A DNA stretch of 64,000 nt from Clostridia bacterium. Lineage in GTDB: Bacteria; Bacillota; Clostridia; TANB77; CAG-465. Shown piece by piece: positions 8,655 through 17,421 of this stretch. The notes beneath the pieces were generated by a model that made no database searches, was not told where the DNA came from, and was given only the letters and a program-made list of their open reading frames with translations. Location of the stretch: assembly GCA_036635835.1 (NCBI GenBank), contig JAVWPP010000002.1, positions 88,577 through 152,576 on the forward strand, read 5' to 3'. A program made the translations under genes and the position numbers. Each line of letters starts with the position of its first letter. Position 1 is the stretch's first letter.

Positions 8655-9089
8655 ATGCAAACAATAAATTCAATTTTAAAAATGGAAAAAAATCACGAAG
8701 AAATTGGGAAACTACTTTTAAATTCAGTTATTTTAGAAGGAGTAGCTTTAGCAAAGATCATAGAAGTTGAAAAAGATAAACTTGTGGACTATATTAACCA
8801 AAACGAGTTAAAGTCTACTAAAGACATAATAGAAATTAACGAATCTATTGAAAATGTTTTAAAAGAAGCAAATTTAGTAGAAACTACGCTCTCTAATAAG
8901 CTAAATAATATTTCAAAAATATATAATACAGAAAACAATATAGAAATACATAAAATGTACAAAGAATGCGTAGATAATAGAAATGAAAACAATCTACAAA
9001 TAAATAATAATCCTATGTGCAATAAATTTAATAATTACAATAAACTTTCTAGCATTATAAATAAAATGATTAAAAACAGTGGTGTATAA
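8655..9089 (+). CDS. Hypothetical 144-aa protein, divergent third copy of the helical module
   Basis: GAGGTG RBS. LLNSVILEGVALAKIIEVEKDKLV...INESIENVLKEANLVETTLSNKL follows the same pattern as the two preceding genes. Confidence 0.7.
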   Translation: MQTINSILKMEKNHEEIGKLLLNSVILEGVALAKIIEVEKDKLVDYINQNELKSTKDIIEINESIENVLKEANLVETTLSNKLNNISKIYNTENNIEIHKMYKECVDNRNENNLQINNNPMCNKFNNYNKLSSIINKMIKNSGV

Positions 9090-9119
9090 TACAAATTATA
9101 TACCACTATTTTTCTTTTT
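9078..9119 (+). terminator. Rho-independent terminator
   Basis: agtggtgtata / tatataccact stem (one G-U pair) followed by atttttcttttt. Confidence 0.7.
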
Positions 9120-9123
9120 CATG

Positions 9124-9150
9124 CATAAAAAAAAGAGGCTCAAAGCCTCT
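9124..9150 (-). terminator. Rho-independent terminator of tRNA-fMet
   Basis: agaggct caa agcctct hairpin with a T-run on the minus strand (plus-strand cataaaaaaa). Confidence 0.75.
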
Positions 9151-9154
9151 GTAG

Positions 9155-9230
9155 TGGTTGCGGGGACAAGATTCGAACTTGTGACCTTCGGGTTATGAGC
9201 CCGACGAGCTGCCAGCTGCTCCACCCCGCG
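9155..9230 (-). tRNA. Initiator tRNA-fMet (CAT)
   Basis: The reverse complement CGCGGGGTGGAGCAGC...TCGGGCTCATAACCCGA...GTTCGAATC...CCCCGCAACCA folds as a cloverleaf. It has the C1/A72 mismatch and three G-C pairs in the anticodon stem, both typical of bacterial initiators. Confidence 0.93.
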
Positions 9231-9249
9231 ATATGTTAACTACTTTTAC

Positions 9250-9278
9250 ATTATAGCAAATGAAAAGTAGTTTGTAAA
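9250..9278 (-). promoter_or_regulatory. Sigma-A promoter of tRNA-fMet
   Basis: Minus strand: TTTACA, 17 nt spacer, TATAAT, about 20 nt upstream of the tRNA 5' end. Confidence 0.6.
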
Positions 9279-9473
9279 GAGTTTTTGTGAAAAAAGTGTC
9301 TTTTTCGTGATATTTATAATATATTTAAATAAAAAGCATGTATACAGCTAGTATATGCTAGATATCTCAGCAATATTCGAAATATAATTAAAATAACTTT
9401 ATACGTTTCAAAAAAAAGATAAAAAAACAAAATAAAAAGTAGTGCGAAACCTATATATTAAGCACTTTTTTTA

Positions 9474-9502
9474 TTGCTTAAAAGCAAAATTTAGTGTATA
9501 AT
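9474..9502 (+). promoter_or_regulatory. Sigma-A promoter (extended -10) of recD2
   Basis: TTGCTT, 17 nt spacer, TATAAT preceded by TG. Confidence 0.55.
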
Positions 9503-9522
9503 CTAGTAAAATGGAGGGCCTT

Positions 9523-11736
9523 ATGAAAATAAATTGCACCGTAATTGTAGAAATATTTAAAAGCGAAACAACTGGCTATACAGTATTTATAGGACAAACA
9601 GAAGACATGGAAAATATACATTTCGTAGGGAATGCATTAGATATAACAGAAGGAAGCGACCTAGAACTAGAAGGAACTTGGGACAATCATTCAAAGTATG
9701 GAAAACAGTTCAAGTTTACAAAATACACAAAACTAATACCACAGGACGAAAAAGGAATAATAAGATACCTAGCAACAGCTGAAATAAAAGGCATAGGAGA
9801 AGCAATCGCAAAAAGAATAGTAGATGCATTTGGACTTGAAACATTCGACACCATAAGATATAGACCACAAGAATTAGTAATGATTAAAGGAATATCAGAA
9901 GAAAAAGCGCTAGAATTAAGTGATCATTTAAATAAAGAATGGGAAAAACTAAATCTAATAACATTCCTTCAAAAGTATGATGTATCAATAAATGTAGCAG
10001 GTAAAATATATGAAATATATGGTTCAAAAGCCCTAGATAAAATAAAAGAAAACCCGTACAACATGCTAGAAGATATCACAAGCATAGACTTTAAAGTTGT
10101 AGATAAAATAGGAAAAAACTTAGGAATTGCTTTTGATGACGATTATAGAATTAACTCAGGCATAATATTTGCCCTTACTAAAATAGTTTCTTTTGGCCAT
10201 GTATGCGTAGAACTAGACAATTTAGTCCCATATGCAGCAGATCTACTAGGCATCAGTAAAGAAGGAATAATAAATGGAATCACAAGACTTGCAATAGATA
10301 AAAAAGTATATTTGCAAGAGTTTGATGGTGTAACCTTTGTGTACGGCTCTTCCCTATACCTAGCAGAAGATGGCACAGCACAAAAAATATTTGGAATGGC
10401 TACAGATAAAGCATCTAAAAAGAAATTAGATAAAGAATTAAATGTTATAGAAGAAAATATGCAGATGACATTTTCTCCTCAGCAAAAAGTAGCAATTAAA
10501 GCTGCCTTAAATAATAGACTTTCCGTAATAACTGGAGGCCCTGGAACAGGTAAAACTACCATTATAAAAGGAATAATTGACCTTATTAGAGCTAGCAATA
10601 AAAGCTTTGTCCTATGCGCACCAACTGGTAGAGCAGCTAAAAGAATTACGCAGACAACAGGCGTAGAAGCAAAAACCTTGCATAGACTTCTTGAAATTAC
10701 AAGAATAGAAGATAATAATATGAGGCAAATGCTAGACTACGAAATAAAAAAAATAAACGCAGATATAGTTATTGTAGATGAAATGTCCATGATAGATATT
10801 ATGCTTATGAACAATTTAATGAAGGCAATGAGAACAAAAACAAGATTAGTACTAGTTGGAGACGTAGATCAGCTACCCTCAGTGGGCCCAGGATGCGTTT
10901 TAAAAGACTTAATAGACTCAGGGTGCGTTGTAGTAACAAAACTAGACCAAATATACAGGCAAAGCGCAAATAGCGACATTATTACTAATGCACATATAGT
11001 AAACGCAGGTAATGAACCCATATTCAAAGAAGACACCACAGATATGTATCTTTTAAAAACTAAAAACATACAAGAAACAGTAAATAAAGTAAAGCAGCTT
11101 CTAGAAGTAGATCTTGCAACATATATCTCTTGCGATAATTTAAAAGATGTCCAGGTACTAACACCAATGAAAAAAACAGATTTAGGTAGCATTAATTTAA
11201 ATTCTCAAATACAAAAAGTACTTAACCCGCTAAGGCAAGGCATGGAAGAAAAAGAACACCTAGGCAGGCACTTTAGAGTTGGAGACAAAATAATGCAAAT
11301 GGAGAATAATTACGACATAGCTTTTAGGCAGCAAGGAATAGATGGACAAGGTATATATAACGGAGATATAGGGTATATAACTGAAATATCTAAAGAGCTT
11401 AGCACTTTATCTGTATTATTTGATGACGATAAAGAAGTAGACTATAAATTTGATGAGTTGCTTCAGATAGATTTAGCATACGCTGTAACAGTGCACAAAA
11501 GCCAAGGCAGTGAGTTTGATGTTGTTATCTTGCCACTTCTTACGGGCTATACCAAATTGTTTACAAGAAACTTACTGTATACTGCCATGACAAGAGCAAA
11601 AAAGCTATTAATTGTCATAGGAAGTAGCGATACAATTAAATTCATGGTTAACAATATAGAAGAGAAAAAAAGAAAAACAGGACTAAAATATAAGCTAAAG
11701 GAGTACGTAGATAGATTTGACAAAATGGCTAGATAA
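9523..11736 (+). CDS. recD2: RecD2-type SF1 ATP-dependent DNA helicase
   Basis: GGPGTGKTT Walker A, VIVDEMSMID Walker B, VGDVDQLPSVGPG, and a C-terminal VHKSQGSEF motif. GGAGGG RBS before ATG 9523. Confidence 0.85.
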   Translation: MKINCTVIVEIFKSETTGYTVFIGQTEDMENIHFVGNALDITEGSDLELEGTWDNHSKYGKQFKFTKYTKLIPQDEKGIIRYLATAEIKGIGEAIAKRIVDAFGLETFDTIRYRPQELVMIKGISEEKALELSDHLNKEWEKLNLITFLQKYDVSINVAGKIYEIYGSKALDKIKENPYNMLEDITSIDFKVVDKIGKNLGIAFDDDYRINSGIIFALTKIVSFGHVCVELDNLVPYAADLLGISKEGIINGITRLAIDKKVYLQEFDGVTFVYGSSLYLAEDGTAQKIFGMATDKASKKKLDKELNVIEENMQMTFSPQQKVAIKAALNNRLSVITGGPGTGKTTIIKGIIDLIRASNKSFVLCAPTGRAAKRITQTTGVEAKTLHRLLEITRIEDNNMRQMLDYEIKKINADIVIVDEMSMIDIMLMNNLMKAMRTKTRLVLVGDVDQLPSVGPGCVLKDLIDSGCVVVTKLDQIYRQSANSDIITNAHIVNAGNEPIFKEDTTDMYLLKTKNIQETVNKVKQLLEVDLATYISCDNLKDVQVLTPMKKTDLGSINLNSQIQKVLNPLRQGMEEKEHLGRHFRVGDKIMQMENNYDIAFRQQGIDGQGIYNGDIGYITEISKELSTLSVLFDDDKEVDYKFDELLQIDLAYAVTVHKSQGSEFDVVILPLLTGYTKLFTRNLLYTAMTRAKKLLIVIGSSDTIKFMVNNIEEKKRKTGLKYKLKEYVDRFDKMAR

Positions 11737-12391
11737 ATTAATACAATTAATATTTCCATACAAATGCACTTTTTGTAGCAAAACAATTTCAAAAGACAAG
11801 TATATTTGTACAAACTGTATAACAAGAATTTTATCGAAATATGTAGGAAAGACTAGAAAACTAAAAGGTACATGTGATAGAATACTTTATGTAACAGGAT
11901 ATAAAGAGATAAAAAATTATATGCTGAAATATAAATTTAACCATGCTAAATATTTAAGTAAAGTTTTTGCAGCGCTTCTTATACAAAGGCTAGTAGAAAA
12001 CAAAATACAGCCAGATTATATAACCTTTGTACCTATAAACAAAGAAAGATTAAAAGAAAGAGGGTATAATCAGGTAGAAAGTATAGCAAATATAATAGCA
12101 GATTTTTTTAATAAAGAGTCGCTAAATATAATTGTTAAAAGTGTGGATAACAAAGTGCAAAGTTCTTTAAATAAGCAGGAAAGAACGAGTAATGTAATAG
12201 ATATTTTTGAAATAAATAAAAAACTAGATATAACAAAAATTCAAAATAAAAAAATACTGTTACTAGATGATGTTTTTACTACAGGAGCTACTTTAAAAGA
12301 ATGTGTAAGAACTATAAAAAAGTCTGCTAAATGCAATATAGATATAGCAGTAGTTGCTTTAAACAATATAAAATTAATAGAGGTGAAGTAA
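11717..12391 (+). CDS. comFC: ComF family protein (ComFC, phosphoribosyltransferase fold)
   Basis: N-terminal CTFC...CTNC zinc-finger pair. C-terminal PRTase motif ILLLDDVFTTGATL. The start is uncertain (TTG 11717 overlaps the end of recD2). Confidence 0.8.
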   Translation: MTKWLDKLIQLIFPYKCTFCSKTISKDKYICTNCITRILSKYVGKTRKLKGTCDRILYVTGYKEIKNYMLKYKFNHAKYLSKVFAALLIQRLVENKIQPDYITFVPINKERLKERGYNQVESIANIIADFFNKESLNIIVKSVDNKVQSSLNKQERTSNVIDIFEINKKLDITKIQNKKILLLDDVFTTGATLKECVRTIKKSAKCNIDIAVVALNNIKLIEVK

Positions 12392-14374
12392 ATGGAAGAA
12401 TTATTAGAATGCATTGTAGAATATGTTAGAAAACCAATAACAGATTATGCTATTATGATTAATGGAGAATGGGGAAGTGGAAAAACATATTTTTGGAACA
12501 ATAAAGTAAGAGAAAAGTTAGAGACTATGGTTTTCAACGGAAAGAAATATAAAACTATTTATATGTCATTATACGGAATAAATAGTTTAGAAGAAATAAG
12601 TAAAAAAATATTCATAGAAACAAACCATTCTATGAACAAATCACTTAAAAAATTCACAGATAACAAAGGTGGAAACACTATCCCAGAGTACGTTAAAACA
12701 GGCTTAGACATGGCAAACCTATTTGGAGCTACTTCTTTTAACGGAGAAAAAATGGACTTTTCAAAAGCATTTTCTATAGAAGATAAAATACTTTGTTTTG
12801 ACGATTTAGAAAGAGCTAATGTAGATGTTATAGATATTCTAGGATATATAAATAATTTCGTAGAACATGACGGAATTAAAACAATAGTTATATGTAATGA
12901 AAAAGAACTTGCAACAAAATTTAAAAATACAAACGTAGAAATGAAAACATTTATTGCAACATATATATTAGCTAAGGAAGGTAAAATAGCGCCAAACAGC
13001 AATTTACCTAAAGCTTCTGAGCATGAATTAGAAGATTTACCTCTTACAAGAATGCTTGAAGAAAAAGTAACACATCTTTTTGATAAAGCAAATGCATATG
13101 AAAGAATAAAGGAAAAATTAATAGGCGAAACTTTTGAATATATACCGGAGTATTCATACATTTTAACTGGTATGATTATGAGATATAGCTTTAACCCAGT
13201 ACTTGAATCATTTCTTAAAAAGAATTCACCTTCAATAATAGCCGTATTTAATAAAACAGGTACTAGAAATCTAAGGATTCTAAAACATGCCTTAAACGAT
13301 TTCGAAAAAATATTTTCAGTAGTGCAAAAATATTATCCAAATTTAGATGATGAAATAATGAAAACACTGCTAATGTTCACTGTAGCAATTGCTTTTGAAA
13401 TCAAATCTGGTAATGTAACAAAAGAAAAATTTGTCTCTATAAGGGACAATGATGAGTATAAATCTGTTATATTTACTTCTAAGATTTTAAATGATAACAA
13501 TCAGTTCTACTTAAGGGAGTTTGATAATAAATATTTCTTCAATTCAAAATCTGAGTTTAGATTTTTTAAATTTGTAGAAGTATATATAAGAACTAGAATT
13601 TTTGACATGAAGCTATTTAGAATGGACATGGAAGCTGCGCAAAACACAGATATTGTAGAAGACAACACTCCTAAATATATAACCATCCTAACGGGTGAGT
13701 ACTGGAAACTTGCAGATAATGAGTTCGACGGAGTAGTTAAACAAACTTTAGAAGAAATAAAAGAAGGAAAGTTGCCACTAGATAAATATTTAAAAGCGTT
13801 TGCTGTATATCAATATTTTGTATCTAAAGGTCTTTTAAATTTAGATATAGAAACTCTTAAAAATCTATTCACAATAGGTATAAAAAGAGCAGCAGTAGAT
13901 GAAAATAATGATACTAATTTTAGCATACAAGATGTTGTTAATTACGAAACAAACGATATATATTTAAAAGAAATAAAAGTAGAAGTTATAAGAGCAAATA
14001 AAGAATTACTTGAAAGAGTTGAGTTTAAAAGAACTAATGAGATATTCAAACACATACCAGATAATATGGAGGAATTCTATAAGGTTGTTAAAGAAGAATA
14101 TGCAAATGTCCCTATATTTAAGAATTACGACATGTATACTCTAATGGATAGATTAGCGTTAACTAACAATTATCATTTATATAATATAATTAACATTATT
14201 CAAATGAGGTACGAAGGTAAACCAGATCTATTAAAATTAGATAGTAGAAACCTAAAATTATTAAGTAATCTAATTACGGAACATGTAATAACTAAGCAGC
14301 CATCAATTAAAATGGTTCAGCTTGGAAATATTAAAGATTCTATAGAAGATATACTTAAAACTATTCAAGATTAA
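12392..14374 (+). CDS. KAP-family-like P-loop NTPase (660 aa)
   Basis: Walker A INGEWGSGKTYFW (aa 23-35) and Walker B ILCFDDLER (aa 133-141) match the KAP pattern GxWGxGKT/S ... DDLDR. The ATG directly follows the comFC TAA. Confidence 0.6.
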   Translation: MEELLECIVEYVRKPITDYAIMINGEWGSGKTYFWNNKVREKLETMVFNGKKYKTIYMSLYGINSLEEISKKIFIETNHSMNKSLKKFTDNKGGNTIPEYVKTGLDMANLFGATSFNGEKMDFSKAFSIEDKILCFDDLERANVDVIDILGYINNFVEHDGIKTIVICNEKELATKFKNTNVEMKTFIATYILAKEGKIAPNSNLPKASEHELEDLPLTRMLEEKVTHLFDKANAYERIKEKLIGETFEYIPEYSYILTGMIMRYSFNPVLESFLKKNSPSIIAVFNKTGTRNLRILKHALNDFEKIFSVVQKYYPNLDDEIMKTLLMFTVAIAFEIKSGNVTKEKFVSIRDNDEYKSVIFTSKILNDNNQFYLREFDNKYFFNSKSEFRFFKFVEVYIRTRIFDMKLFRMDMEAAQNTDIVEDNTPKYITILTGEYWKLADNEFDGVVKQTLEEIKEGKLPLDKYLKAFAVYQYFVSKGLLNLDIETLKNLFTIGIKRAAVDENNDTNFSIQDVVNYETNDIYLKEIKVEVIRANKELLERVEFKRTNEIFKHIPDNMEEFYKVVKEEYANVPIFKNYDMYTLMDRLALTNNYHLYNIINIIQMRYEGKPDLLKLDSRNLKLLSNLITEHVITKQPSIKMVQLGNIKDSIEDILKTIQD

Positions 14375-14382
14375 TAAAGGCG

Positions 14383-14415
14383 GTGTAGCAAAAAAAGCTA
14401 CACTGTCTATGTTTT
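14383..14415 (+). terminator. Weak terminator hairpin
   Basis: gtgtagc aaaaaaa gctacac stem-loop followed by an interrupted T-tail. Confidence 0.4.
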
Positions 14416-14457
14416 AGACAAAAAATAAAAGTAATTTAAAACATGAAAGGAATTTAG

Positions 14458-16260
14458 ATGAATAAATTAGAAATATTAAAAAAATACTTTGGACATACAG
14501 AGTTTAGATATGGACAAGAAGAAATTATAGACTGCTTATTAAGCAAAAGAGATACTCTTTGCGTTATGCCAACTGGTGCCGGAAAGTCTGCCTGTTACCA
14601 AATACCTGCCCTTATGCTAGACGGAATTACACTTGTTGTATCTCCGCTTGTTTCATTAATGAAAGATCAAGTTACATCACTTACGCAAGCTGGTATAGAC
14701 GCTGCATACATAAATAGTTCCCTTTCTACGTCTCAATATTACAAAGTCCTAGAAAACGCAAAAAAAAGCAAGTATAAGCTTATATACATAGCCCCAGAAA
14801 GGCTTGTTACGCAGGACTTTATAGACATTTGCAGCGTAGTAAATGTTTCAATGGTAGCAGTAGATGAAGCTCACTGCGTTTCTCACTGGGGGCAAGATTT
14901 TAGACCTACATATTTAAGAATTGTAGAATTCATAAACAAACTTGCATATAGACCAGTTATAGGAGCATTTACAGCAACTGCAACAAAAGAAGTAGAAGAA
15001 GACATATCATGCATTTTACAGCTACAAGACCCATTAACAATTGTAACTGGTTTTGATAGAAAAAATTTATCTTTTGAAGTTAGAAAACCCAAAGACAAGG
15101 ACGCACAGTTAATTGATATTTTAAAAGAAGAAAAAGATAACTGCGGCATCATATACTGCGCTACGAGAAAAAATGTTGAAACTGTTTGCGAAACTCTATG
15201 CAAAGCAGGCTTTTTAGCTACTAGATATCATGCGGGGCTTAAAGATGAAGAAAGAAAACAAAACCAAGAAGATTTCATTTTCGATAAAAAACAAATCATT
15301 GTAGCTACAAATGCTTTTGGAATGGGTATAGATAAGTCTAATGTATCTTTTGTTATACATTATAACATGCCAAAAAGCATGGAAGGATACTACCAAGAAG
15401 CAGGAAGAGCTGGTAGAGATGGCGAGAGAGCAAGGTGCATTATATTATATAGCCAAGCAGATGTGCGCACAAATGCATATATTATAGATAATTCAGAGAT
15501 TAATACTGAGCTAGATTTAGACATGCAAGAGGCTGTTAGAGAAAAAGAAAGAGAAAGACTTAAAAAAATTACATATTACTGCACAACTACAGACTGCCTT
15601 AGAGCATATATTTTAAAGTACTTTGGTGAAATTACTAAGGATTACTGCGGAAACTGCTCTAACTGCAATACTAGTTTTAAAATAGAAGATATAACTATAA
15701 ACGCCCAAAAAATTTTATCTTGTATTGCTAAAAATAATTCTAGATTTGGTATTAAAATGATAGTAGATATATTAAGAGGAAGCAAAAACGAAAGATTGCT
15801 AAGACTTAAATTAGATGATCAATCTACATATGGCATAATGTCAGATATTTCAGAAAAAAAAGTAAGAAGCATTTTAAATTTTTTGCTATTAGAAAAATAT
15901 ATAGCAACATCAAACTCAGAGTATCCTGTTTTATGCGTAACAAGCTTAGCAAAAAACATATTAAAAAATGGTGAAAAACTATCTATGAAAACTTTAGTTA
16001 CAGAAGAGGTAAAAGTAAGCGTAGATAATAAATATATTTCACAAGATATAGATCTTAATCTTTTAGGAAAACTTAAAGAATTAAGAAAAGAGATAGCTAC
16101 TAAGCAGCGAGTTCCAGCGTATATTATCTTTACGGACGCAGCTCTTAAAGATATGTGCCTAAAAAAACCGAAAACTTTAGTAGAATTTTTAGATATTGCT
16201 GGCGTAGGAAAAACAAAACAAGAAAAATACGGGGAAGCTTTTTTAGCTGCTATTAATTAG
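14458..16260 (+). CDS. recQ: ATP-dependent DNA helicase RecQ
   Basis: FGHTEFRYGQEE, MPTGAGKS, VDEAHCVSHWGQDFR, QEAGRAGRDG, zinc-binding Cys cluster (CTTTDC...CGNCSNC) and an HRDC-like C-terminus. Confidence 0.93.
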   Translation: MNKLEILKKYFGHTEFRYGQEEIIDCLLSKRDTLCVMPTGAGKSACYQIPALMLDGITLVVSPLVSLMKDQVTSLTQAGIDAAYINSSLSTSQYYKVLENAKKSKYKLIYIAPERLVTQDFIDICSVVNVSMVAVDEAHCVSHWGQDFRPTYLRIVEFINKLAYRPVIGAFTATATKEVEEDISCILQLQDPLTIVTGFDRKNLSFEVRKPKDKDAQLIDILKEEKDNCGIIYCATRKNVETVCETLCKAGFLATRYHAGLKDEERKQNQEDFIFDKKQIIVATNAFGMGIDKSNVSFVIHYNMPKSMEGYYQEAGRAGRDGERARCIILYSQADVRTNAYIIDNSEINTELDLDMQEAVREKERERLKKITYYCTTTDCLRAYILKYFGEITKDYCGNCSNCNTSFKIEDITINAQKILSCIAKNNSRFGIKMIVDILRGSKNERLLRLKLDDQSTYGIMSDISEKKVRSILNFLLLEKYIATSNSEYPVLCVTSLAKNILKNGEKLSMKTLVTEEVKVSVDNKYISQDIDLNLLGKLKELRKEIATKQRVPAYIIFTDAALKDMCLKKPKTLVEFLDIAGVGKTKQEKYGEAFLAAIN

Positions 16261-16267
16261 AATCTAA

Positions 16268-16305
16268 CTCTTTGGGTGTTATATAACGTCCAAAGATTTT
16301 TTTTC
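16268..16305 (+). terminator. Rho-independent terminator of recQ
   Basis: tctttgg / ccaaaga stem followed by tttttttt. Confidence 0.7.
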
Positions 16306-16335
16306 TTAAAACTTAAAAATATTTCAAAAAAACTA

Positions 16336-16364
16336 TTGACATTTATATTTAATTCTTGTATAAT
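16336..16364 (+). promoter_or_regulatory. Sigma-A promoter (extended -10) of tRNA-Gly
   Basis: TTGACA, 17 nt spacer, TATAAT preceded by TG. Confidence 0.7.
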
Positions 16365-16389
16365 TAATAGCGTAGACAAACAAACACTT

Positions 16390-16463
<74 letters not shown>

Positions 16464-16467
16464 AATT

Positions 16468-16500
16468 AGTTACTAATCTAGGATTAGTAGCTTTTTTTTT
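16468..16500 (+). terminator. Rho-independent terminator of tRNA-Gly
   Basis: agttactaatc tag gattagtagct 11-bp stem followed by a T-run of 8 or more. Confidence 0.85.
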
Positions 16501-16555
16501 GCATAATTGTTGATACTTTTTAATATATAATATACACTATTCTTAGGTGATTAAA

Positions 16556-17104
16556 ATGAATAAAAAAACGAGACAATATATAACTGAATTAGATAGTGTT
16601 TATGATCTAACTTTTAAAAATATTGCTATGTATGTTACGGCAAAAGTAGACACTGTAAAAAGCATTGAGAACATTCTAACGGAAATATACTGCGAAATAT
16701 ATGCAGATATACAAGGCAAAGGAATGCAGCATATAGGTAACATAGAAAATTACGCCATGAACGTTGCTAAAAAAACTGTCTATAAATATTATAATTTTGA
16801 AGCATGCAATAACGCAACTTTCAGCATTTTATCTGAAGAAACTATTAATGAGGTAGATTTAAATACTTTTGACTATAGTTTTTTAGATAAAGTTCCAGAT
16901 GAAGAGCTTCTTAAATATATAACTACTTTAGATTTGCTTACTCAAAAAATTTGCATTATGTACTACGTTTTAGGCGCAGATATCCGCAAAATATCTAATT
17001 TACTTGGCTGCTCTGAGTATACTATTAAGCTTAAAATAAATGGTGTTTTATATTTTTTAAGAAATAAATATGTTGGAGGCAAAAAAGATGAACAAATTAA
17101 GTAA
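16556..17104 (+). CDS. Divergent sigma-70/ECF-like RNA polymerase sigma factor
   Basis: About 180 aa. Region-2-like segment ILTEIYCEIYADI...YAMNVAKKTVYKYY. C-terminal region-4-like HTH LTQKICIMYYVLGADIRKISNLLGCSEYTIKLKINGVLYFLR. Confidence 0.55.
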   Translation: MNKKTRQYITELDSVYDLTFKNIAMYVTAKVDTVKSIENILTEIYCEIYADIQGKGMQHIGNIENYAMNVAKKTVYKYYNFEACNNATFSILSEETINEVDLNTFDYSFLDKVPDEELLKYITTLDLLTQKICIMYYVLGADIRKISNLLGCSEYTIKLKINGVLYFLRNKYVGGKKDEQIK

Positions 17105-17258
17105 TGTACTTACAGATTCTTTGGTAAGTAAAGATAAAATTAGAGGCAAAGTTGCTAAAACCTTGCCTAAAAAGCATAATTATTTTAAAGTAGTTTCTAC
17201 GGTTATTTTAATTACTTGTATACTTTGTATCTTAATATTTTTTTTATATAAAAGGTAG
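17088..17258 (+). CDS. Small single-pass membrane protein, candidate anti-sigma factor
   Basis: GGAGG RBS. Overlaps the sigma gene by 17 nt. One C-terminal TM helix (VVSTVILITCILCILIFFLY). Confidence 0.35.
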   Translation: MNKLSNVLTDSLVSKDKIRGKVAKTLPKKHNYFKVVSTVILITCILCILIFFLYKR

Positions 17259-17335
17259 TATCTAGTTTAAATGTATAAGCAAGATATACTTTAGAAAAAT
17301 AAAGTGCGCATATTTGACCTTTTACGACATTTTCA

Positions 17336-17364
17336 TTGACATAATACTAAAAAGATTATATAAT
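17336..17364 (+). promoter_or_regulatory. Sigma-A promoter of the helicase gene
   Basis: TTGACA, 17 nt spacer, TATAAT (perfect hexamers). Confidence 0.7.
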
Positions 17365-17385
17365 AGGGATAGAAAAAATATTAAA

Positions 17386-17407
17386 TGATAAGAAAATTTT
17401 CTTATCA
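17386..17407 (+). promoter_or_regulatory. Perfect 22-bp palindrome between promoter and RBS (operator or leader hairpin)
   Basis: tgataagaaaattttcttatca equals its own reverse complement. It ends 3 nt before the AGGAGG RBS. Confidence 0.4.
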
Positions 17408-17421
17408 CAGGAGGTATTTGT

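Noticed and set aside
5787-9230. Orphan-gene block as a tRNA-integrated genomic island
   Set aside because: No integrase or recombinase gene and no direct repeat of the tRNA-fMet 3' end were seen at the far boundary. Composition is not visibly different from the flanks. Kept only as a weak possibility within the relevant finding.
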